A DNA stretch of 64,000 bases from NCBI GenBank assembly GCA_963743865.1, contig CAVURG010000006.1, positions 320,107 to 384,106 on the forward strand. Reading direction: 5' to 3'. This document shows positions 54,253-64,000 of the stretch, piece after piece (positions within the stretch are counted from its first letter, which is position 1; each line of letters starts with the position of its first letter). The notes beneath the pieces were generated by a model, which saw only the letters and a program-made list of their open reading frames with translations, ran no database searches and was not told the origin of the DNA. The translations under genes were made by a program, and so were the position numbers. This DNA is from an uncultured delta proteobacterium (lineage in GTDB: Bacteria > Desulfobacterota > Binatia > Binatales > Binataceae).

Positions 54253-56621
54253 CTAGTCATTGGGATCAGCAACTGGATTCGGCTCCTCCGGCGTCTTGTG
54301 GTCCACGGCCGTCAACGACGTCGCCGAACTATGATACGGGCAGTCCTGAGTTGGCGCCATACCCTCCGGATACACGCCCATCATAGTCACCGGGCAATAG
54401 GGCTGTCGCCTTATAGCCGGTAGTCGGATCGACTTTCACCTCGACGATTCCCGGCGGAGCGGTGAAATCGAGCGGCGGGCGCGACGCGGTCGCCGCCTTC
54501 ATAAAAGCAGTCCACGCCGGCAGCGAAGCCTGCGCGCCGGTCAGGCCCAGCTCTTCCTTTTGATCGAAACCGGTCCAGACCACCGCCAGCAGGTTGGGCG
54601 TAAAGCCCGCGAACCATGCGTCCTTGTCATCGTTGGTGGTGCCGGTCTTGCCCGCCGCCGGCCGCGTGAAACCCATCGCGCGCGCGCCCGCGCCGGTGCC
54701 GTGATTGATCACGTTTTCGAGCATGAACTGCATCATGTACGCGAGCTGGGGCGAAATCACCTGTTCGGCGGTCAGTTCGTGGCCCTCGATTACCTTGTTG
54801 TTTTCATCGACCACGGCGGTAACGGCGTAGGGTTGGATCTCCATCCCGTCGTTGGCAATTACGGCGTAGGCGCGCGCGACCTGCATCGGCGAGACTTCGA
54901 TTCCGCCGAGCACGATCGACGGGTACGGCGGCAAGTCGCCAAAGCCGAGCTTCGACGCCATCGCGCGGATTCGATCCAGTCCGACGCTGTTGGCCAGCCG
55001 CGCGGTCGCGGAGTTGAGCGACTCGCCGAGCGCGAACTCGAGCGTGACGTGGCCGAAGAAGCGGTCGCGATAGTTATTCGGCGTCCAGCTCATGTCGCCG
55101 TACTGCCAGGTGAAGGGCGCGTCCTCGATATAGGTAGTCGGCAGGAACTTCTCCGCTCCTCCCGACAGGGTCTCGTCGAAGGCCGCCAGATAGGTAACCG
55201 GCTTGAAGACCGAACCGGGCTGACGTTTGGACTGAGTAACGCGATTGAACTGGCTCGAGCGGTAGTTGCGTCCACCGACCATCGCGCGAATCTTTCCGCT
55301 CTGCGGCTCGAGAGCGACAAGGCACGACTCGAGGCGATTGTTGGCCTCGCGCCGGACCAGCTTGGGATGCTTGGCTTCCAGATCGCTGAGATTGTGCGCG
55401 ATTGCGCTCTCGGCGAGCTTTTCCATGTGCACGTCGAGCGAGGTGAAGATGCGCAAACCCTCGCCGCTCAGCACCTGCGGCGGATAACGCTCGGCCAGTT
55501 CTTTCTTGACGAAATCGACAAAGTAGGGCGCGTCGTTGCCCTCGGCATAAACTTCCCGCGGATGCAGCGGCTCGCTGACCGCCGCGTCGTAAGCGGTTTT
55601 GCCGATGTAGCCATCCTCGAGCATCGCGGCCAGGACCTCGTTGCGTCGCGGGCGCGCGGCGTCGGGATGGTGCAGCGGATTGAGCCGGTTGGGCGAACTG
55701 ATCAAGCCGGCAATCAGTAGCCATTTCGCCAATAGTCAGATCGCGCGGCTCCTTGGAGAAGTAGTACTCAGACGCTTCCCAGACGCCGTATATGCCTTCC
55801 TGTCCGCGCTGGCCCAAGTAGATATCGTTAATATAGTTCTCCAGGATTTCATCCTTGGAGTATCTGCGCTCCGCGATGTACGCCATCATCGCTTCCTTGA
55901 GCTTGCGCTTGTAGCTTCGCTCGCCGCTCAGGAAGAAGTTCTTCATCAGCTGCTGGGTGAGCGTCGAGCCGCCCTGGCGCACGTGCCCCGAGGTAAAATC
56001 GATATACGCGGCCTTGATGATGCGGACCAGGTCAACGCCGTGATGCTCGTAAAAGCGATGGTCCTCGGCGGCCAGGATCGCATTGATCATCGTGGGCGGA
56101 ATCTGGCTCAGGCGCACCAGCCGGCGCTGCTCCCATTCGCCTTCGAAGATGCCGCTGATGAGTTCGGGTTCCAGCTCGATCGAGAAGATCGGTTTATGGG
56201 TCACCGGATCCCCCATCGACTCGATCGTATCTCCCTTAAGAGTCAGCTCGACGAATTCGCCGCCGAAGTTGCGGTACGGATACGCGAAACTATGCAGAAA
56301 GATGTCGAGCTTGCCGCGCTTGCGATCGAAGCTGTACTCGCCGCGAGAGTCGACGTGGCCCGGATCGACCCGATGGTAATTCAGGCGCGCGAGTCGCTCG
56401 AAGAAACCGAGATCCTGAAGATCCTGGCCGGGGTAAATGAGCACCGAGTCGGAATAAATGCGCGACGGGATGTTCCAGCGCTTGCCCGAGAACCGCGCGA
56501 CGACTTCATTTTCGAGCTGATTGTAGTAGCTGAAGAACAGCCACAGGGTCGGCGGGATGGCGAACAAGATGATCGCGCCCGCGCCGATGAGCGCGAATTT
56601 CAGGATTCGTTTCGGGGACAT
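54253..56621 (-). CDS. mrcA: penicillin-binding protein 1A (bifunctional glycosyltransferase/transpeptidase) (two frameshifts as assembled)
   Basis: The GT51 motifs are AAEDHRFYEHHG and GGSTLTQQL. The transpeptidase motifs are SVFKP (SxxK) and KTGTTND. The breaks are near 55717 (EMA|LIAGLISSP) and 54400. The corrected C-terminus YCPVTMMGVYPEGMAPTQDCPYH ends at TAG 54253-54255. Length 2369 nt is 2 mod 3. Confidence 0.85.
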
Positions 56622-56640
56622 CGGAAATCCGTCCCCCGGC

Positions 56641-58140
56641 TCAGGCCTCCGGCTTGACGGTCACGTAGATGGTGGCGTCGCCGCGCCTGACGAGCAGCAG
56701 GACTATCTTGCCCTTGGCGCTGGTCTTCAGCGCATGTTGGTACGAGTCGATGTTCTTGACGACCGCGCGATTGACCTCGAGGATCACGTCGCGAGCGCGA
56801 AGGCCTGCCTCGTCGGCGCGGCTGCCGGGCTGCACCGACGAAATCACGACGCCGCCGGAAGCGTCGAGCCCGAGTTCTTTGGCGAGGTCGGGACTCAGGT
56901 CCTTGACGTGAAGGCCGAAGGGCGAGACGGCGCCGAGGTCGGGCTTTTGCGATTTTTCTTCAGACGCCACGATTTCGGGCTCGCGCGACTGCGTAATCGT
57001 GACCGGCAGATCGATCGTCTGCTTGTCGCGAATCACCTTGAGAGTCCCTTTGTGGCCCAGGTCGGTGCGGCCGATCAGCAGCGGCAATTCGCGCGAGTCG
57101 CTGACCGGTTGATTGTCGAACGCGACGATTACGTCGCCGCGCTTGACGCCGGCCACTTTGGCTGGTCCGCCGTCGAGCACCTTGGCAACCAGCGCGCCGC
57201 GTGAATCCGCCAGCCCCAGCGACTCGGCCAGCTCGGGCGTCACCTTCTGGATGTACACGCCGAGCCATCCGCGCACGACTTTGCCCGAGCTCTTGAGTTG
57301 CGGCAGCTCTTCCTTGACCAGTTCGATGGGAACCGCAAAGCCGATTCCCATGCTGGTGCCGGTGTGCGTGTAGATCGCGCAATTGACGCCGACCACGTCG
57401 CCGCGCAGATCGATCAGCGGACCGCCCGAGTTGCCGGGATTTATCGACGCGTCGGTCTGGATGAAATCCTCGTAGTTGCCCGGGATGAAGCGTCCCTTGG
57501 CGCTGACGATTCCGGCCGTCACGGAATGGTCGAAGCCGAACGGATTTCCGATCGCCATCACCCATTCTCCCACCTTCAAGTCGTCGGAGTTGCCCAGCGG
57601 CGCGACCGCCAGGTCGTGCTTCGCATCGATCTTCAGCAGCGCGATGTCGCTCTTCTCGTCATGCCCGACGATCTTGGCGGCGTAGTTGTGGCCGTCCTGC
57701 GTGGTCACCGTGACCGTGCCCGGATTCTCGACGACGTGCTCGTTGGTCAGGATGTAGCCGTCCTTGGTGATGATGAAGCCGGAGCCAAGCGCCTTGGAGT
57801 GCGGCGAGCCGCCGAACTCCTCGAAAGGATGCGAGTGCGGTGGCGTGAGAAGGCCGTGCGGAGAATCTTCGGGCGATGGCTCGCCGGCTTGCGCGGGTTC
57901 TGCGGGTTCGTCGGTCGAGATGTTCACGACGGCGGGGCTGAGCTTGGCTGCGAGATCGACGAAGTCCGGCATCGACTGGGCTTTCGCCACGTGAGCGGGG
58001 TCGGCCGGCTCGGTCCAGAAGCGCGTGGGCGGCGCGGAATCCGCCGCACGTGCCGGCATGCCAGAGGCAATCAAAGTGAACGTCGCGATAAAAATCGCGA
58101 CGCCAGGAAAGACGATGGGTCGGGAGAAATTATGCGTCAT
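56641..58140 (-). CDS. htrA: Do/DegP-family periplasmic serine endoprotease with two PDZ domains
   Basis: The catalytic triad context is TNEHVV, DIALLKI and GNSGGPL. Two PDZ-like segments follow. Confidence 0.9.
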   Translation of the reverse strand: MTHNFSRPIVFPGVAIFIATFTLIASGMPARAADSAPPTRFWTEPADPAHVAKAQSMPDFVDLAAKLSPAVVNISTDEPAEPAQAGEPSPEDSPHGLLTPPHSHPFEEFGGSPHSKALGSGFIITKDGYILTNEHVVENPGTVTVTTQDGHNYAAKIVGHDEKSDIALLKIDAKHDLAVAPLGNSDDLKVGEWVMAIGNPFGFDHSVTAGIVSAKGRFIPGNYEDFIQTDASINPGNSGGPLIDLRGDVVGVNCAIYTHTGTSMGIGFAVPIELVKEELPQLKSSGKVVRGWLGVYIQKVTPELAESLGLADSRGALVAKVLDGGPAKVAGVKRGDVIVAFDNQPVSDSRELPLLIGRTDLGHKGTLKVIRDKQTIDLPVTITQSREPEIVASEEKSQKPDLGAVSPFGLHVKDLSPDLAKELGLDASGGVVISSVQPGSRADEAGLRARDVILEVNRAVVKNIDSYQHALKTSAKGKIVLLLVRRGDATIYVTVKPEA

Positions 58141-58164
58141 GTGTGATTATGCGAAGACGGCCGC

Positions 58165-58650
58165 TCAACGGCCCGGCGGTCTCGCCAATTCAACGTACTT
58201 CATTTGCAGGCTGGAAAGAATCTCTTTGAGCAAGGCTTGTTCGTGGGGGTCGAGATTTCCCCGCGTCTTGTCACGCAACATTATGATGATATCGATCATC
58301 TGCTGAGCCAAAATCAGGTCGTGCGTCACCTGACCGCTTGCCGGGTCGGGTATTTCGCCCAGCGCCGCCAGGGCCTGCTCTGACAGGCTCCATAGAAACG
58401 CCGCGAATGTCAGCTCGAGCGGCGCTTGACTCGAATCGCGACTCGCCGCGGGCTGTGAGGCGGCGGCTCGCGGCTTGGAAATCGACTCCGGCTCGGGCGC
58501 GTCGGCTTTGGATTTTATTTCCAACGCTTCGCCGCTCTCAGATGGCGCCTCGTCGCCAGCCTTGGCCTCGCCTTCGGCGGAGAAGCGCCGGCGATCCTGA
58601 ACCTTGAATCCGCGCTTGTCTTCTGAATCTTCCATCGACGACGCCCTCAC
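58165..58650 (-). CDS. DUF1844 domain protein
   Basis: FKVQDRRRF is at the N-terminus, and the conserved core is FAAFLWSLSEQALAALGEIPDP...IDIIIMLRDKTRGNL. The GTG start overlaps the htpX stop (GTGA). Confidence 0.7.
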   Translation of the reverse strand: MRASSMEDSEDKRGFKVQDRRRFSAEGEAKAGDEAPSESGEALEIKSKADAPEPESISKPRAAASQPAASRDSSQAPLELTFAAFLWSLSEQALAALGEIPDPASGQVTHDLILAQQMIDIIIMLRDKTRGNLDPHEQALLKEILSSLQMKYVELARPPGR

Positions 58651-59504
58651 CCTTGTCCAATCTGCCCGGCCGACATCTGCTCGAGGCGGTGGATTCGCTC
58701 CTCGATCGGCGGATGGGTCGAGAACAGCCGCGAAATTCCCGCCGCGCTCAGCGGATTGACGATAAACAGGTGGGCCGTCGCAGGGCTGGCGTCCATCGGC
58801 ATCCGCTCGTTGGCGGCCTCGAGCTTGCGCAGCGCGCTGGCCAGGTACAAGGGATTATGCGTGAGCGCGGCGCCGCTCGCATCGGCCTGGTACTCGCGCG
58901 TGCGCGAAATCGCCAGCTGAATGAGGCTCGCCGCGATCGGCGCGAGGATGCCCGCGACCAGCAGCCCCGCCAGCCCGCCTTCCTCGTCGTCGCGACCGCC
59001 CAGTCCGAAGATCGCGCCCCATCGAACCATCGAGCCGATCATCATCACGGCGCCGGCCATGGTGGCCGCGATCGAGCTGGTCAATATGTCGTGATTGGTC
59101 ACGTGCGAAAGTTCATGGCCGATGACGCCCTTCAACTCCTCGCGCGTGCAGATTCGCATGATCCCGCGTGTCACGGCGACGGCGGCATGATGCACGTTGC
59201 GGCCGGTCGCAAACGCGTTGGGCGTGTCGGAATCGATAAGGTACAGCCGCGGCATCGGGATTGCCGCCGAATGCGCCAGCTCGTTGACGATCGAGTAGAG
59301 TTCCGGCGCCGAACCCGCGTCGAGTTCCTGCGCTCCGTAAGCGCGCAGCACAATCTTGTCGGAGAACCAGTAGCTGAAGAAGTTCATCACCGCGGCGATG
59401 ACGAAAAAGATCGCGACGCCGCGCGAACCTCCGAGCAGCCCGCCGATTACCATCAGCAGACCCGTCATCAGGCCCAGCAGCATCGTCGTCTTGAAGAAGC
59501 TCAT
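58647..59504 (-). CDS. htpX: zinc metalloprotease HtpX (M48)
   Basis: Four TM segments and the HELSHV zinc motif. Confidence 0.9.
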   Translation of the reverse strand: MSFFKTTMLLGLMTGLLMVIGGLLGGSRGVAIFFVIAAVMNFFSYWFSDKIVLRAYGAQELDAGSAPELYSIVNELAHSAAIPMPRLYLIDSDTPNAFATGRNVHHAAVAVTRGIMRICTREELKGVIGHELSHVTNHDILTSSIAATMAGAVMMIGSMVRWGAIFGLGGRDDEEGGLAGLLVAGILAPIAASLIQLAISRTREYQADASGAALTHNPLYLASALRKLEAANERMPMDASPATAHLFIVNPLSAAGISRLFSTHPPIEERIHRLEQMSAGQIGQG

Positions 59505-59572
59505 AGCCCCTTTTTCACTCCCTCGCGCGACCTGACATATGTTGCCCGATGATGCATGCCCCTTTCAGTGTA

Positions 59573-60538
59573 TTAGTTTTGACGCTGCGCCACAAATTTT
59601 GACAACGCGCCGGCGACTTCATCGGCCTCGATGGAATCGATGGGGTTGCGCCTGAGAACTTCGATCTGTCCACCCGCGCCCGGCGCCAGCGGACGCCATC
59701 GCGCGGGATCGGTCGGCCCGAAGATCACCACGCCGGACGCGCCGGCCGCGGCCGCCAGATGCGACACGCCCGAATCGACCCCGACGAACGCCGACGCGAC
59801 GCGCGCGATCGCCGCGACCGTCGGCAAATCGAGGTGCTTCAGGACCGCGACGCCGGACTGGCGAAAGATCGGTTCCAGCGATATTTCGGCGGGGCCCAGG
59901 ATGACCGCGACGCTCGCTCGATTCGACAGTTTCGATGCGAGCGCCGCGAATTTATCCGCCGGCCAGTTCTTGCCGGGACTTCCGCTGCCGGGAAAAATCA
60001 CAATCAAATTCGAGCTGCCGCATCCCGATTGCGCAATCGCGCGCGCGGCTGCCGCGAGGTCGTCCGGGGTCGGTTCGAGCCGCTGATATATCGGCGAAGC
60101 GGTCTCGTCAATTTCAATTTGAGTTGCGCGCAAGTAGGCCGCCGATACGTGGCCGTCACCGCCGGGGCGGAACGGATGAAACGAGACGTGCCCATCGGTC
60201 GCCGCCGACAATCGCGCGCGAAAACGCCGGTCGTCCGAGGCGAAGAACGAGTAGATGCGATCGAAGTCCGCGAAGAATCGACGCGCGTCGGCCGAAGTGT
60301 CATCGGTGAATAACGCGCCGACCTCGCGAGCGTCTATCGAATGACCGCGTGCGACGACGGTTCTTCCGGCTGCGAGCCGGGCCAGCTCCAAGCGCGCCAT
60401 CAGCTCGACGCAAGCGCCCGGGTGGCGCCGCGCGATCGCCCCAAGCGCCGGCATCAAGCACATGAGATCGCCAAGCGCGCCCGGAAAAATGACCAGCACG
60501 CGCCGGATGGGACGCGCGATGCTCTCCTGCGGCATCAT
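59573..60538 (-). CDS. glycosyltransferase family 9 (heptosyltransferase-like)
   Basis: RRVLVIFPGALGDLMCLMPAL is at the N-terminus and GVDSGVSHLAAAAG is near the C-terminus. I chose the start at MMPQES because the upstream part of the track ORF is a translated repeat. Confidence 0.75.
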   Translation of the reverse strand: MMPQESIARPIRRVLVIFPGALGDLMCLMPALGAIARRHPGACVELMARLELARLAAGRTVVARGHSIDAREVGALFTDDTSADARRFFADFDRIYSFFASDDRRFRARLSAATDGHVSFHPFRPGGDGHVSAAYLRATQIEIDETASPIYQRLEPTPDDLAAAARAIAQSGCGSSNLIVIFPGSGSPGKNWPADKFAALASKLSNRASVAVILGPAEISLEPIFRQSGVAVLKHLDLPTVAAIARVASAFVGVDSGVSHLAAAAGASGVVIFGPTDPARWRPLAPGAGGQIEVLRRNPIDSIEADEVAGALSKFVAQRQN

Positions 60539-60544
60539 TGGGGG

Positions 60545-60905
60545 TAGTCTAGCACTGCGATTGAATGTGAAACCCACCGTGGGTTTCACACTTCCCTGGG
60601 CAGGGGCTGCACCCCTGCACCCGCAGTGAGAAGACGTGAAAATCTGCGCAGCGCATCTTTTCACGACTACGCGATGGCAGAGGGTGACGCCTGGCCACCG
60701 TTAATCGAAAAATCCGCAGGATGCGTCTTTTTCTCACACGGCCGAGAGCGAGAGACGCGCTGCGCGTATCTCGCTCTCGCGCGAGAAACCGAGAGAAAAG
60801 GGCGCTTCGGCGCACTTTTCGATTGATACTGCGGGTGCAGGGGCCGCAGCCCCTGCCGCCCACCGCGCAGGTGATTCTCCCTTCATGCCGCCGTCCGTTG
60901 GCGGG
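60545..60905. repeat. largest mosaic array of palindromic repeat modules (about 360 bp)
   Basis: gtgaaacccaccgtgggtttcac; gggcaggggctgcacccctgcaccc; gtgaaaatctgcgcagcgcatcttttcac; gaaaaatccgcaggatgcgtctttttc; gagagcgagagacgcgctgcgcgtatctcgctctc; gaaaagggcgcttcggcgcacttttc; ggtgcaggggccgcagcccctgcc; gccgccgtccgttggcgggggcgg. Confidence 0.85.
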
Positions 60906-60910
60906 GGCGG

Positions 60911-62161
60911 TCAGGAGGGGCGGACGAGCACCAGGCTTGCCCCGACCAGGCTTAGCACGTCGTTGGTGCCGTCCTCGATCAGCGCGGCGCGCGCGTCGCG
61001 GAAGATTTTTTCGATCGGATACTCCTTGCTGAGGCCGTTGCCGCCGAGAAGCTGAAGCGCGTCGCTGGCGACCTCAAATGCCGCCTGCGTGCAGAAGGTC
61101 TTCGACGCAATCGAGTATTCCATCGCGGGTACGGCCGCGTCGGTGTTGTAGGTTATCGCCGCGCGCGAGAGCAGGCGGCATGCCTCGACCTTGGTGAACA
61201 TTTCGAACAGATGCTTTTGCACGAGCTGATGCTCGCAAATCGGCTTGCCACCCTGGATGCGCTGCCTGGAGTAATCGAGCGCAATCTCGAAGGCCGCACG
61301 CGCCACTCCGGTGAAGACCGCACCCACCATCGCGTTCGGACCGCCGCCCCTGCCGTAGGCCGCCCCAGCGGGCTTGTCGGGCGCGACCAGCATGTAGCTG
61401 CTCGGAATCCTGACCTCATCGAAGAAAATCTCGCCCTGGTTGAGCGCGCGCTGGCCGAGCTTGTTGAGCGGCTTGCCCTTCGATACGCCGGGCAAGTCAA
61501 ACGGCACGAAAGCAACGCCTCGGCCGAGCACCGCGCCGCGTGAGGGGTCCGCGATCAGAATCACCAGGCCGTGCGTCGCGATGGTTCCGTTGGAAACCCA
61601 AGCCGACTTTTGCCCGCTGATCACGTACGAATCGCCGTCGCGCCGCGCGATCACGTGACCCGCCAGGTCATGGTGTTCCCGGTTCCACTGCCCGGTCACC
61701 CAGTCCGATCCATGTTGCGGCTCGGTCACCGGCCAGCATCCGATGTACCGCGCCTCGCGATCCTGAACGAACGGCATGACATGCTTTTCGATCAGTTCGC
61801 GATCGCCGGTGGCCGCAAGCGCGCCGAAAGGCATCCCCGCAATGCCAACTGTCAGCGCGAGGTCGGCGCTGCCCCATCCCAGCTCCTCGAGGTAGATATG
61901 CTGCCCCAGGCCGCTCAGTCCGAGTCCGCCGAACTGGGTGGGAAATCCGGCCTTATTGTAGCCGAGCCGATATGCCTGCTTGAGGAAGTCCCACAGCGGC
62001 GAGCCGGGGGCGATTGCCGCGCTCGGATCGGCGAGCCGGTCCAGAGCGGCCGCCGTCGGGCGCATCACCTCCCGCGCGAACCGATGAATGTTGTCCTTGA
62101 GCGTCCGGTAATGGTCGGGCAGGTGGGTGTCGAGCTCGACATATGTGTCCATGGCCTGCAC
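60911..62161 (-). CDS. acyl-CoA dehydrogenase family protein
   Basis: 416-aa ORF with ACAD N/M/C domain signatures (GCWPVTEPQHGSDW; ...ALQLLGGNGLSKEYPIEKIFRDARA). Confidence 0.8.
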   Translation of the reverse strand: MQAMDTYVELDTHLPDHYRTLKDNIHRFAREVMRPTAAALDRLADPSAAIAPGSPLWDFLKQAYRLGYNKAGFPTQFGGLGLSGLGQHIYLEELGWGSADLALTVGIAGMPFGALAATGDRELIEKHVMPFVQDREARYIGCWPVTEPQHGSDWVTGQWNREHHDLAGHVIARRDGDSYVISGQKSAWVSNGTIATHGLVILIADPSRGAVLGRGVAFVPFDLPGVSKGKPLNKLGQRALNQGEIFFDEVRIPSSYMLVAPDKPAGAAYGRGGGPNAMVGAVFTGVARAAFEIALDYSRQRIQGGKPICEHQLVQKHLFEMFTKVEACRLLSRAAITYNTDAAVPAMEYSIASKTFCTQAAFEVASDALQLLGGNGLSKEYPIEKIFRDARAALIEDGTNDVLSLVGASLVLVRPS

Positions 62162-62167
62162 CTCAAT

Positions 62168-62285
62168 CGAGCAGGGGTGACCCCTGCACCCAATGTTAAG
62201 GCCGCGCTCCGTTGTCGCGCGCGGCCACTGCCGCCGGCGCGCGGCTTCTTAATACTGGCCAGCCATGCCGGCGGCATGAGCTGGG
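62168..62285. repeat. palindromic repeat modules (diverged inverted relative of the 102-bp unit)
   Basis: gcaggggtgacccctgcacccaatgttaaggccgcg...cgcggcc...ttcttaatactggcc...catgccggcggcatg. Confidence 0.75.
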
Positions 62286-62463
62286 TCATGAACACTACCA
62301 CCAGCTCCTCCGTGGGGTCCATCGGGAAGATGGCGGGGGCTGCTCCGCCGCAACAGCAGTCGCCTTCGCCGGGCGCGCCCGGGGAAAATAGCGATCACGC
62401 GCCGGATCGAACTCCCGTGGCAAGATTCGCAACAGGCCGTATTTTCCGGCTAGAATCGCCGCC

Positions 62464-63400
62464 ATGCCTATCAGCGTCGCGCGATCGCCGCTTGAACTTA
62501 TCGGCAACACGCCCGTCGTCCGGCTCAATCGAATCCCCGGCAAGGACGACGCCGAAGTATGGGCGAAGCTCGAGAACTTCAATCCCGGCGGCAGCGTCAA
62601 GGACCGAATCTGTCTGGCGATGGTCGAGGCGGCCGAGAATTCCGGGCGGCTAAAGCCGGGCGATACGATCGTCGAGCCGACCTCGGGCAACACCGGGATC
62701 GGTCTGGCGCTGGTCGCGGCGGTGAAAGGCTACAAGCTAATCCTTACGATGCCGGAGACGATGAGCGAGGAACGGCGCTCGTTGCTGCTCGCTTACGGCG
62801 CGGAGCTGGTGCTGACGCCGGACACGCGCGGGATGCATGGCGCGATCGCGAAGGCCGAGGAGCTGTGCCGCGAGAATCCCGGCTACTTCATGCCGCAGCA
62901 ATTCAGCAACGCCGCCAATCCCGACATCCACTATCGATCAACCGGGCCCGAGCTGCTCGAACAGCTCCCGCGCATCGACGCGTTCATCTCCGGCGTAGGG
63001 ACGGGCGGAACGATCACCGGCGCGGGCCACTATTTGCGCGAGCATCTCGACAAGAAAATCCTGATCGTCGCCGTCGAGCCGAAAAACTCGCCGGTGTTGT
63101 CGGGCGGCAAGCCGGGCTTTCACAAGATTCAGGGCATCGGCGCCGGCTTCGTGCCGGGCAATCTCGACACCAAAGTTTACGATGAGATAATCGCCGTCAG
63201 CGACGAAGATGCGACCGCTGTACGCGCGCCGTCTCGCGCGCGAAGAGGGCATGCTGGTCGGCATCTCGTCGGGCGCAAGCTGCTGCGCGGCTATCCAGAT
63301 AGCCAGGCGGCTTGGCAAGGGCAGCATCGTGGCCGCGGTATTCTGTGACACCGGCGAGCGATATCTGACGACCGATCTTTTCCAGGCCGCGGGAATCTAG
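62464..63400 (+). CDS. cysK: cysteine synthase A (O-acetylserine sulfhydrylase) (frameshifted as assembled)
   Basis: The PLP-Lys region is NPGGSVKDR, with [10 protein letters not shown] and [10 protein letters not shown]. After VSDEDA the protein continues in ORF 63209..63400 ([20 protein letters not shown]...). The break is near 63214. Confidence 0.85.
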
Positions 63401-63412
63401 CAGGCTGATTCG

Positions 63413-64000
63413 ATGGACACAGCGAAAACGCCGGAGGCGAAGCTTGAGCGGATGCGCGCGATATTTGCGCCGATGCGCAGCCTGATCGTGGCGTTTTCCG
63501 GCGGCGTCGATTCCACCCTGGTGCTGAAAGTCGCGCATGACGTGCTTGGCGACTCCGTGCTCGCGCTGACGACGACTTCGCCCACGATGCCCGACGAGGA
63601 TCGCGACTCGGCGCTTGCGATGGCGCGCCTGATCGGCGCGCGCCACCTGGTGGTCGAATCCAACGAGCTCGAGATTCCGGGCTACGCGGCAAATCCGCTC
63701 AACCGATGCTACCTGTGCAAGCACAATCTGTTTACGGTTTGCGAGGCAAAGGGCGCCGAGCTTGGCATCGACGAGATAGTGGACGGGCTTAACCTGGACG
63801 ATCTGCACGACTATCGCCCCGGGATGCAGGCGGCGAGCGAGAAACGCGTGCGCCATCCGCTGGTCGAAGCCGAAATGACCAAGGCCGAGGTTCGCGCGCT
63901 CTCGCGCTCGATGGGGTTGCCGACCTGGGATCGTCCCGCGTCGCCATGCCTGTCGTCGCGCTTTCCATACGGCACGGAGATAACGCTCGAGGGGCTTGAG
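63413..64000 (+). CDS. larE: PP-loop ATP-utilising enzyme, LarE-like sulfur transferase (partial; runs off the window end)
   Basis: Open-ended, so not in the track. My translation from the ATG at 63413 gives MDTAKTPEAKLERMRAIFAPMRSLIVAFSGGVDSTLVL...NRCYLCKHNLF...PASPCLSSRFPYGTEIT. Confidence 0.75.
   Translation, partial: MDTAKTPEAKLERMRAIFAPMRSLIVAFSGGVDSTLVLKVAHDVLGDSVLALTTTSPTMPDEDRDSALAMARLIGARHLVVESNELEIPGYAANPLNRCYLCKHNLFTVCEAKGAELGIDEIVDGLNLDDLHDYRPGMQAASEKRVRHPLVEAEMTKAEVRALSRSMGLPTWDRPASPCLSSRFPYGTEITLEGLE

Noticed and set aside
62286-62463. A riboswitch or leader upstream of cysK.
   Set aside because: I can identify no recognisable conserved riboswitch core (SAM, cobalamin or other) by eye. 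An Infernal/Rfam scan would be needed, so I make no claim.

Overview
This is a high-GC chromosomal segment from a diderm bacterium (Tol-Pal system, PBP1A, DegP/HtpX, GT9 heptosyltransferase). I cannot assign a taxon from the sequence alone. I can support about 70 protein genes, one intact tRNA (Leu-GAG, just after secG) and one tRNA-Phe 3' fragment. The backbone is housekeeping: hemE-hemD; ribF; cpoB-pal-tolB-tolA-tolR-tolQ; gap-pgk-tpiA-secG-tRNA-Leu; sppA; fur; ggt; metG-tatD; ricT-holB-tmk-pilD-mutM-rsmA-tsaD; mrcA-htrA-DUF1844-htpX; cysK-larE. Six things are worth a second look. (1) An ECF sigma factor is tightly coupled to an HTH-less, domain-swapped Ada-like protein (MGMT core plus a C-terminal Ada Cys4 zinc module). 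This is my best candidate for an undescribed system: an alkylation-sensing sigma/anti-sigma pair. (2) An AT-richer insert at 18874..22197 is an IS1595-family element with 29-bp terminal inverted repeats and an intact 8-bp target duplication. It carries a DUF3800 gene as cargo and was later hit by an IS3/IS407-like IS sitting next to a 123-bp MITE derived from the same IS type. (3) A second AT-richer islet holds a membrane-anchored HIRAN protein and a membrane-anchored partner, beside a tRNA-Phe 3' fragment. (4) Three tandem paralogous lipoprotein genes combine a glycine zipper with a Q-rich coiled coil. (5) A mosaic family of small palindromic modules, including a 102-bp four-hairpin unit, fills at least 9 intergenic gaps. 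(6) I could localise 33 single-nucleotide frameshifts, mostly in conserved housekeeping genes and seven of them in tpiA alone. I read these as assembly indel errors. They explain why the ORF track splits or fuses many genes, so the coordinates below span the reconstructed genes.
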